Below are positions 1 through 9,812 of a stretch of DNA of 20,000 nucleotides, piece after piece. The notes beneath the pieces were generated by a model. The model had not been told where the DNA came from. It saw nothing but the letters and a program-made list of their open reading frames with translations, and ran no database searches. The stretch is from Protoeuglena noctilucae (taxonomy: Eukaryota), in NCBI GenBank assembly GCA_958009085.1, contig OY253679.1:989571-1009570 (forward strand), written 5' to 3'. The position numbers and the translations under genes were made by a program. Position 1 is the stretch's first letter. Each line of letters begins with the position of its first letter.

Positions 1-1236
1 CTCCGTGCAGCGTTGGTGACGGACGGGAGCCTGCAGCGGGGGTCGCATCTGCTCACGGCCATAGCAGGCGAGAGAAGGGGCGATGCGCGGCGATGGCATG
101 CATGCTGCGGTGGTGTGGTTGATGCAAACAGCCACGCAACACCGTCGCACGCTCAACATGCGCGTTTGTAGAAGTACTATCAACCGCACACCGATACACT
201 TCCCAATCAAACTAACTCATTCAACTCATCTCCTTCCCCCCCCTCCGCAGCTCCTAATGAGTTCGGCCTGCCATGCCCCGTCGCTGTCATGCAAGTGGGG
301 GCGTCGGTGGCGTGTGCCCCGGTGGGGAGGCACGTCGTGCACCTGACAGCAGGTGAGTGGCTGTCCATTGATTGGTAAGGAATTTGAACGTGTTTGAGTT
401 TAAATTTGCATGTACCGAGTTGAGGATGGCAGCGAGTGGTTGGTTCCTTGGTTGTGGTGAGCGCACCATTGCCGTCATCGCACCCCCTCCCACCACCCGC
501 ACCCGCAGTGCCGCCCCCCTCTTCCCCCGCCCTCTCCCCCCGCGCTGCCTTCGCTAACCTCGTCTCTGCGCTGTTCGACGCCTCACTGCTGCGTAATGAT
601 GGCTATGTGCCTGACGACGGCGACATGCGGGGGGAGCCGAGAGATGTTGTGGATAATGATGGTAGTAGTAATGTGGGGATGAGTGGTGGGGGGAGTGGGA
701 TGAGTGGTGGGAGGGGGATGGGTGGGGAGAGTGGCAGTGGCAGTGGCAATGTGGGTGGGAGTGGGGTGGCGGGGGAGAGGGGTGGAGAGGGCAGTTGTGT
801 GAAAGGGGCTACATCATCCGCACAGCGTGTAACGAACACTACTGCTCCGCGTCTGCTGGCGGAGTTTTACTTTGAAGTGGCGGGGGGGAGTGGTGGTGGT
901 GGGGTGGGTGGCGGCGATAGTGTGCGTGGCAGCAGTGGTGGGGTGGGTAGTAGCAGCGTGGGTGGTTTCATCGAACTATGCCATGCAAGTGCCGGTCTGA
1001 GTTTGGATGGAGTGGTGGGGCCAGTGGCTGATGCTCTGCGGGGTGCGGGGCTGGTGGGGGATGGCGCGCTGTTTGCAGAAATGGGGGATAGTGTGGATAA
1101 TGATAAGAGTGGAGTGGATTCATCGGATGAGGATGACGTGGCGTGGCTGGAGGAAGCGGTGGGGGGGATTGGTGGGGGTGGGGGTGTAGGGGAGAGGGGG
1201 GAGGGGGTGGGGGGTGAGACGGGAGCGGGTGGGTGA
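1..1236 (+). CDS. 3' part of a probable Rab escort protein (REP/CHM, GDI family); 5' end lies outside the window
   Basis: Exons <1-67, 251-352 and 509-1236 (GC-AG then GT-AG intron) splice in frame to LRAALVTDGSLQRGSHLLTAIAAPNEFGLPCPVAVMQVGASVACAPVGRHVVHLTAV...PRLLAEFYFEV...acidic tail, TGA at 1234-1236. This resembles the REP C-terminal region (vLQlG..avCP.g.hVlyLs) and acidic C-terminus, from memory. Confidence 0.55.
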
Positions 1237-1536
1237 GAGATGTGAGATCGGGATGTGGGCAGTGAGCCCTGCTGCGCCTGTACGTGCTTGCTTGTGTCCT
1301 ATGCATGGCTGTGGCATGCTTACTGCCGCTGCTGCTGCCGTCAGTGATCTTGAAAGCGATTGCATGACAGACGCAGCAGCCAGCCTCGTGCGAGTGTTTC
1401 AACAGCGCCCTTTGCTCTCCCTACAACATCTCTCCCCCGTCCCTGCCCCTCCCGCATGCGTCCAATCAAACACACCCCACCCTCTCTCCCCCTCCTGCAT
1501 ACGTGTTGTCAACCACATCCCTTTCCCATCTCCCCC

Positions 1537-4500
1537 TCACGCGTGCTCCAGCGTGGCTGCCCCCATCACGCTCTCCAAATACGCGTCCCCACTCGCGTCG
1601 CGCCTCAGATCAGAGACCAGGGAACGGGAGCGGGAGAGGAGGGCATCCGCAGAAAGCGTGTCCAGGGGCTGCGTGTGATGGGCGGGAGAGGTGGGGGGTG
1701 AGGGTGGCAGTGGGGGTGGCAGTGGGGGTGGCAGTGGGGGTGGCAGTGAGAGATGAGCAGCGTTGCGCTCAGATGCGCCGTATTACTGTCCACTCCACAC
1801 CCACGCTCACCCCACCTCCCATCCCACCCCAACCACCCAGGCCCCCCCACACACACTCACCAGCTCCGCAAAATCCCTCAAAAACTTCCTCAGCCGCGCC
1901 CTCCCCCCCCTCTCCCCCTCCCCCTCCCCCCTCCCCCTCTCTCCCCCTCTTGCGCCCCCCCTCCCTCCCCTCCAACTCCTTCGCCTTCACTCTCGCCGCC
2001 TCCACCACTGCTTTGGGGAAGTTGGCATACTCCGCGACGTGAATGCCGAAGGACTGGTCGCACGCGCCCTCTCTGACCTGGTAGAGCATCGTCAGTCGGC
2101 CCGTGTCAGAATCCACGGCCGTCTCCACGTGACTGGGGGGGAATGAGTGGGGGAGCGAGGGAGTGAGGGAGTAATGGATGGGGGATAGAGTTGGGATGTG
2201 TTGTGTTGTGTGGAGATGAGGGTGGAGTGGGAAGTGAGTGAGGAGGGCATAGGTGAACGAGTGAGGTGGGGGGTGCATGGGCACTGACTGACTGATCCCT
2301 CACGCTGTCATCCGCCCCCACTGCCCCCCTCAACACCATCCACACCCCACACACTTACCCCTTACACACACACCCGCACACTTAACCACTCTCCATCTCC
2401 CCCTCACCGGTTTGCCACCCCCACTGCCCCCCTCAGCGCCGTCAGTTCGTGGAAGTGCGTGGCGAACAGCGTCGGCGCCCCCACGCGCTCCATCAGATGC
2501 TCGGATATGGCCCACGCGAGACCAAAGCCATCGTAAGTGCTGGTGCCGCGACCCAATTCGTCGATGATGACCAATGAACGACTGCTGGCGCCCTTGAGGA
2601 TCGAGGCGGTCTGCGGGGGGGGAGGGGGGAGTGGGTGAGGAGGTAGTTGTGGAAAGTAATGGTGAGGATGAAGGGGGGTGGTGAGGGGGTGGGGCGATCT
2701 CAGCCATGACCGCATCTCTGTTACATGCATTGCCACTAGTAGTAGTGGTAGTAATGCTTGTGACAAATCATCACTATCAGTATCTACCCATCCCCTCACC
2801 TCCACCATCTCCGGTATGAATGCATCCCTGTCCTCATCATTATCATTATTAGCTAATAATCACAATCACATCCTCACCTCCAGCATCTCGGCCATGAACG
2901 TCGACACCCCCCTCAGCTGGCTGTCCCCCGCGCCCACCCTGGCAAAGATGGCGTCGCGCACGGGGATGGTCGCGGAATCGCAGGGGACGAAGCACCCCAC
3001 CTGCGCCATCAACACGCACACCCCCACCTGCCTGCGGGGGGGGTTGGAGGTGAGGGGGGGTTGATGGGGGGTGGTAACGAGGGGTGGTGATGTGCGATAG
3101 TGGTGGTTATGATGGTTATAAGGGCCCCAACCATGCACCCATTCAACCACTTCCATCCCTCACCTGATGAATGTGCTCTTCCCTCCCATGTTGGGGCCGG
3201 AGATGATCTGGAACCAACTCTCGCCCTTCCTGTGGGTGTGGGGGAGAGAGTGTGTGGGTGGATGGGTGTCAGTCACACACACCACAGTATGACAAACATA
3301 ACAGCCACTGTACTACCCCAGCCACCTCATCACGCAGTCGTTCCTGATGAACTCCACCCCATCTAGTTGCCAATCAATGTAATCAGTGACATTCAAATAC
3401 CCCCACTCATCTCACCTCATCACGCAGTCGTTCTTGATGAACTCCACCCCGTCCTGCGCCTCCAGGCACGGGTGGCGGCACCCCACCAGCTCCAGCGACC
3501 CCCCATCCGCATCTTGCATGCTCGCCCGGACGTATGGGGTGGGCGCGGATGCGGACAGATCGGCGAATCCCACCAGCACATCCAGCTCTGCCAGAAGAGA
3601 CGAGACGCCCTCCCACACTTCCACGAACGTCGACGCCACCGAGACGACCTGCGGGGGGGATTGAGGAAGGGGAGGGGGGGATGAGGGGTGTGTGGGTGGG
3701 TGAAGGGGTGGGATGCGGTGGTGTGGTGGTGGTGGGGTGGTGAGTGTGGCGAGCGGGGGTGGTGCGGTTGTGCGGGGTAGCGAGGGGTCGTGCGATTGCA
3801 ATTGCGATTGCGACATGCAGCATGCGATGCTGTGCTGTGCACATGGCACCCCCATGTCAACTTAACCCAATCCTCTCCCCCATCCACTCCACCCATCTCT
3901 CGCCTGCTCCACCAGCGCCTTCTGCCGGTCGTGGCAGTCCGCATCTATTACATCTACCTCCATCCACACTGTCCATACCCCCATCCACCCCTCTCGCCTG
4001 CTCCACCAGTGCCTTCTGCCTGTTCTGATAGTCCGCCTCGATCGCCTGCAGCTGCTCTGCTGCCCTGCGCATGCGCCAGCTGGTGAACTTGGTGCCGTCC
4101 TTGCGAGTCTCCAGAATGGTGAAGTCGCCGCCGCTGTAGAGATGGGGGGAGTGGATGGGGGTTGGGGTGGGGAGATGAGGTGTCATGGCAGTGCGGTGTG
4201 CAATGTGCGATGGGAGGCAAGGGGGAGAGTGATAGGGTGATGACTGGTGGTGACTGATCACCGTCACCCATATCAACGTGAAATATATCACACCCCATGA
4301 TCGCAATCATTTGAGTTTCTTGCGGCACGCCTTCTCCATCAACCCACCCACCCATCACCACTACCACCACCCATATAATTGTGACATATATCACCCCCTA
4401 TAGTGATAATCACCTGAGTTTCTTGCGGCAGGCCTTCTCCTCCTTTGCCGTGATGCGCAGGCACCGGGTGCGCTGGTTCTGGAATCTGTGCCACTCCAGC

Positions 4501-7500
4501 TTCACGGTCTTGTCCAGCTGCAGGCCCAGAGAAGACGCGGCCTGCTGGGCAGCCGCGGAGATCTGGGGGGGGAGAGGGGGGGTGGGGATGGGGCAGAGGT
4601 GAGGGGGTTGGATGGGGGAAGCGATGGGGGTGGCATACGAGGGCAGTGGAGGGACTAGCCGCACAAAGGGACAGATCGGCAAGTTAACAGCGCAGTGCCC
4701 ACCCTCCCCTCCACAACAAGCCAATCCACACCCACCATGCACAACCCGCTCCACTCTCCCCATCATTCACAACCACCCCCACCCCTCACCTCCGCCTCCA
4801 CCTCGGCCTTCCTCGCCGCCAGCTCCTCCAGGTCCGGCGAGTACCTGGGGCATATGACGTACTCGTCGGGCACCTTGTCCAGGTCCACGGCAGCCTCCAA
4901 AAGGGACTCGAACTTCTGTGGGGGTGGGGATGAAGATGGGGGTGTGATGGGGATGGGGAGGGGGTGCATGGGGGGGGGAAGGTGCATGGTGCGGTGGCAG
5001 GGGTGGGTGGATGGGGCAGCGGCAGTGGCTCTCTCGTTCTCACCCACTCCATCGCTGGTGCACGTGCGTTCACGCACCCTCCCTCACCCCATCACTGCCA
5101 CTCACTCCCTCACCCACTCTCAGTGCCACTCATTCCACATACACATATACACACAACCCCCCCAACTCACCTGCAGGTGGTCGGCGTCGTGTGCCTGCGC
5201 CATCACTGCCACTGACCCACTCCTTTACAACCACTCTCACTCATTCCATATCCACATACATGTATTCCCATTCACCTGCAGGTGGTCGGCGTCGTGCGCC
5301 TGCGCGAGGGGGTCGCAGAATCTCGACACCAAATACGCGGCGTGGGGACCCTCGTGGTCCCTCAGCACGCCCTCGATCACGGGGAGGCGGGAACTGGCGC
5401 GGTAGAGCTGGCAGAGATCTGTGGATGAGGGGGGGTGAGGGAGAGGGGGAGTGAGTGGATGAGGGAACTGGCGCAGTAGAGCTGGCAGAGATTTGAAGAT
5501 GGGGGGGGAGTGAAGTGAGGGTGGGGTGAGGGGAAGTGGGTGAGAGAAAGTGGGTAACCGCGTCTCGCAACCATGCCCAACACCCCCACTCTTGTACCCA
5601 TTTCCTCTCTCACTCCCCTCTCTCTCACCCGCGAGCGTGGCCCTCTTCCTGTCCAGCTTGCGCGTGATTCTCTCCACGTCCGGCATCCCCCGCAGCTGCA
5701 CGTCCCTCAGCTGCCCCCGCATCTCCGCGTCAGACACCATGGACTCCACCACATCCAGGCGACGGTCCACCTCCTGAGTGGGGAGAGGAAGGGGTGGGGA
5801 TGCATGGGATGGTGGAGCATGTGTGATATGCGATGCAGTGCAGTGCATGGTGTGCATCTCGATGTGAGACAAACAAGCAAGGCGACAGGTAAGCTGGCGC
5901 ATGCACTCCCATCCCACTACCACTACATTCTCCCCTCACCCATGCCCCTCATCCCCCCCCCACCCCACCCCACCCCACCCCCCACCCATAATCATCACCT
6001 GCACGTCCCTGAGCGGCTGCTTGAGCCACGTCCGCAGCAGCCTCCTCCCCATGGGCGTCCTGGCCCTCCCCATGATGCCTAACAGCGAGAATGCGTCGTT
6101 GGCATCCTGCTTAGATGGCATCACGTGCAGTGCTCTCTGTGCCTCGGCATCCAGTCGCATGAAACGACCGGGGTCGTGCAAATACAGGTGGTACTTGTTG
6201 AGGTTGGAGGCGTCGGCGAGGAGGTCGAGGAAGGAGACCACGGCGGCCAGGGGGGGGAGGGCGGGGGGGCTGGGGGGGGCGGGGGGGGGGGGGGGTGGGA
6301 GTGGGAGTGGGGGTGGCAGTGAGGGTGAGGGTGGGGGGAGGTTGAGGGTAGCGGTGAGGGCGGCAGTGACTGGGGTGGGCAAAAGAGCAAGAGAGCATCA
6401 CTGGCGTTGCATGTCGTGCGGTATCACACTGCCACCCAAACACCCCCATTCACCCCCCTCCCCCATCCTCACCGGTCCAGCACTGGCCGGTAGAGTTCGA
6501 CCGTGTCCCCCTTCAGCAGCTTGGCCAGGTCCTGCTCCAGGTCAGCGGTCCTGGGGGATGGGATACGAACAGACACATTTGATGAATGCCAGGCATAGAG
6601 AAGAGGAGTTGCAGTGTGCTTGCGAGTGACGGAGTGACGGAGTGACTCAGGCATGGAGTGATGGTGACTGCGACGATGATGGTGATGGCTGCAAAACCGC
6701 AGGCATGGCCACACAACACGACAACACTTGAGCAAGCATTCAAACACACACATCCACTCACTTGAACATGGCTTTGGGCTTCTCCGTGGCCAGCACCCCG
6801 CACCGCTCCAGCACCTCGAGCAATCGTCGATCGTCACTTGCGCCCCTCTCCGCCACCCCGTGCATCAACACGCACTCCTTGGCGCCGATCTGATTGGGAG
6901 AGGGGCGGGGGAAGTAGATGCGATGTATCAATCACATTCTGCACAAGCCCATCTCTTTGGATCACACAGCCAACAAAATCGCCCATGATACTCATACACC
7001 ACTTCATCTCACCTGCGCCACCAGTGCCTCCAGCTGGCAGAAGTGCTCGTCATCCAGGAAGGCGCACGCCCCCAGGGTGCGCGAGGTGGGGGTGCAGAAG
7101 GCGACCCCCATCGTGCGCGCCCCGTCCTGCACCGTCAGCGACGCGGCCATCACCACGGGGGCGTCCTCCATCAACGCAGTGCTGGGGGTGGGGGGAAAGA
7201 GAGAAGAGGGATGGCAATTGCATGGGGAGGGTCACAGTGCGACATGCATGCATGGGGCGAGGGAGGTACAAGGCGGGGGTGCGAGGCAGCACTCCACCAC
7301 TCGCTGGCCGCCCAGAGCTGAGCACGCTCACCATCGCCGACACCTAACATGATGCTAGGCAACTCATCCATCATTTCCCAGCATGACTGGTGCCACACCC
7401 TTCTCCCCGTCTCCCTCACCGGAAGAGGTCGTCCTCCAGGTCCCCCAGCTTCCCCGGCGAGCCCGTCCGCGCCAGCTGCCACGCCTGCCCCGACCCCTCG

Positions 7501-8106
7501 TAAATCTCCACCGTGTGGTCCGCGCGGCCCACCAGCATCTCCCGCAGCACCGTCTCAAACAGCGACGGGTTCAGCGTCGTCGTCGCCAGGCCGCCGGGGG
7601 TCTTGACGACCGCGGTCGTCTTGTAGAACTCGCGCGCGATCAGCGTCGCGTCCTCCCTGCGCGCGGCAGGGTCGGGGCGGGGACTCGCGGCGCGGCGAGT
7701 TGTGGTTCTCTCAATCGCAAAGCTTGCGCGCCTCGCCCCCGCACCCGTGGACCGTGTAGCAGCTCGAGTCCTTGCTCTTGTGGTGGAAGAACCTGCGAAA
7801 AAAAGACACGGATGCGAAGCGCGATCCGGCGGGCGCGCGGTCGGCGCGGCGAGCAAGCGCAGCGTGCGGCAGCGCGCGATGGTGCCGGCGCGCCCTGCGC
7901 GGCGATGGCGGCCGGGCGCGCACCGGATGAGGTTGGGCTCCTGCGGCAGCGTCCGATACCAGCTGCTGAAGCCACGGGCTGCGGGCACGAGGCGCGCGCG
8001 AGGCCTTGAGAGGATCCGTGCGCTCGCACGACCGCGCAGGGCCTCTCGCTCCGCAACGCTCACCCGTTCTATCATCCACGTCATATTTGGGGGCGCCGCT
8101 CGCCAT
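1537..8106 (-). CDS. MSH2: DNA mismatch repair protein MSH2, 19 exons, about 928 aa
   Basis: Exons 8064-8106, 7924-7978, 7745-7792, 7420-7656, 7013-7181, 6762-6889, 6473-6550, 5999-6269, 5629-5773, 5276-5418, 4790-4915, 4414-4562, 3998-4133, 3416-3648, 3164-3229, 2878-3031, 2408-2610, 1861-2132, 1537-1668. Motifs: GSPG, FMRLD, WLKQPL, LETRKDG, RHPCLE, Walker [61 protein letters not shown]. One extra base falls in a G-run of exon 18. Confidence 0.97.
1702..1748. repeat. 12-bp tandem repeat (GGGTGGCAGTGG) x about 4 in the last MSH2 intron
   Basis: Directly visible: gggtggcagtgg gggtggcagtgg gggtggcagtgg gggtggcagtg. Confidence 0.9.
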
Positions 8107-8487
8107 TTTGGCGGCAGCCGGAGCTCCCGCGCGCTCGGCGGCGACGGGCGGGGTCTTGCTGTCTGCGGGGGCTCGAAGGCCGCGCACTTCGAGACGAGTG
8201 ATCCAAGGATCTGCTCACCACGTTCCGGGCAGAACTTGGCTCCCTGCAAAGTACGCGGCGTCCGCGCCAGCCGCCCAAACGACGCGCATGCGCTCTCCCG
8301 CCAGTCCCGCCGGAATGCGTTTGAAACGTTCGCCTCCCGCGACGCACAAGGCGCACCGCGTGGCGCTCGGTGCCCAGACAGTCTACCCACCATACGAGCG
8401 CTTCCACCTGCGAGCGAGGCCTGTCGTTCGGGAGAGAGTCTCGCCTCGTGACACCCTTGCCCAACAGTTGCGACCCGTGAGCCCGCC
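8107..8487. promoter_or_regulatory. Putative bidirectional promoter between MSH2 and the zinc-finger gene
   Basis: 381 bp of CpG-rich sequence between divergent ATGs (8106 on -, 8488 on +). No specific elements are established. Confidence 0.55.
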
Positions 8488-9463
8488 ATGGGCCTCGACG
8501 TCCTGCACGATGCGGTCCTGAGTCACGCGGACATCGACAGCCAGGCCCCGGAGCTGTCCATGCGGGGCCTCGCGTCGCAGTGGCACTCCCAGCCATCGCA
8601 GGCCGTCACCGAAGCGTCGGCGAGGGAGTCCGCGGTCGGGGATCGGAGTCACGTTCGCGCCGATGCGCCGACATCAGCGCTGCGGGACCCGCCGGACGCG
8701 CCCGAGGCGCCGGGCCGCCCCGAGTGCCCGTGCGGGGGAGGGCCGTGCGTGGAGCGCGTGTCGCACACGGCCGCCAACCCCGGTGCGTCGAGTCGTGCGA
8801 TGACTGGGACGATGAATGGCGGCGTGCGCGTCGCGTGTTGAGACGTGGATGGGCTGATCGCTGTCCCCGGTGGGTGCAGGGCGCGTGTTCCTCAAGTGCC
8901 CTCTGAAGGGGGCGGCGCAGTGCAAGTTCTTCAAGTGGGCGGACCAGATCCCCGGCTACCGACCGAGCAGCGCGGCGGCGAAGGCGGGCGGGAAGGCCGG
9001 GCCCGATGCTGCCCCGGGCAGCGGCGACGCGGGGGCGGGCGAGGAGCGTGCAAGGAAGCGGCGACGGGCGACGCTGGCGGGACATCCCGGGCAGCCGTTC
9101 GACATGAAAGGGGGCGCCTCGGGTGCGGACGGCACGGCTGTGGAGGGTGGGGGTGTTGCTACCGCGGAGGGAGCGCCGGTGCGGAGGGAGGGCGGGGCGG
9201 ACAACACGTGCTTCGTGTGCGGCGCCCCCGGCCACTGGGCGAGGGACTGCCCCCAGGTGAGCCACCACGGCTACGTTGTGATGCCGGGGCGACGCTGACC
9301 CGGACAGTCACAGAAGAAGCTGATGTCCACCCTCCGCCCGCAGCGCGACGCGCCTGGCCGGCGGTCTTCGCGGGGAGAGCCGGGGCATCCGGCGGGACAA
9401 GCATCTACGGTGTGCTTCAAGTGTCATGCGCCAGGCCACTGGGCGAAGGACTGCCCCGCGTGA
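8488..9463 (+). CDS. GRF-type zinc finger plus two CCHC zinc knuckles, about 263 aa, 3 exons
   Basis: Exons 8488-8782, 8880-9256, 9344-9463 with GT-AG introns. Splicing rebuilds PECPCGGGPCVERVSHTAANPGRVFLKCP...CKFFKWAD (zf-GRF). Knuckles are CFVCGAPGHWARDC and CFKCHAPGHWAKDC; TGA at 9461-9463. Confidence 0.88.
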
Positions 9464-9812
9464 CGCGCCGGGCCTGCCAGGCCGCGGCTTGGGCATAACC
9501 GCGGGCATGGCGTCGCAGATAGTCGTCGAGCTCCGCCGATGACGGCATCTTCTCGCTAATCGAGAGCTTACTTGAAGCTGCGGGAGCGCGATACGCCGAT
9601 AGACCCCCGACGTCGCAAAGCGCAGCTGGTAGGACCGATTGACGAGCCCTGGCCGAGAGCCGCACCCTTCTGCAACGCGAGGCGAGTGTTATTATGAGAT
9701 GAATCCGATGGATTGCAAAATTCCGTGCCGGAGCGGCCCTTCCAGCGGCTCCACGTGTTGACATGCAGGTCGTTGAACTGCAGCTAGCGGCTACCTCCGT
9801 GCGCAGGCGACG

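Noticed and set aside
2283..2295. (ACTG)3 in an MSH2 intron, matching the subtelomeric module ends
   Set aside because: No flanking similarity to the modules; probably a chance microsatellite.
6250..6382. Proline-rich insertion in MSH2 suggested by ORF 5936-6382
   Set aside because: It is the C-rich 3' end of intron 7; an acceptor at 6270 restores the frame. The G-run may also contain sequencing errors.
8107..8115. E2F-like TTTGGCGG next to the MSH2 start codon
   Set aside because: Short GC-rich motif that overlaps the translation start context (GCCGCCAAAATG); not distinguishable from chance.
7416..8489. Long overlapping ORFs (7416-8489, 7702-8451, and likewise 14220-15281, 14457-15995) as separate genes
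   Set aside because: Stop-poor frames expected at high GC; the real coding parts are explained by spliced MSH2 and oxidoreductase exons.
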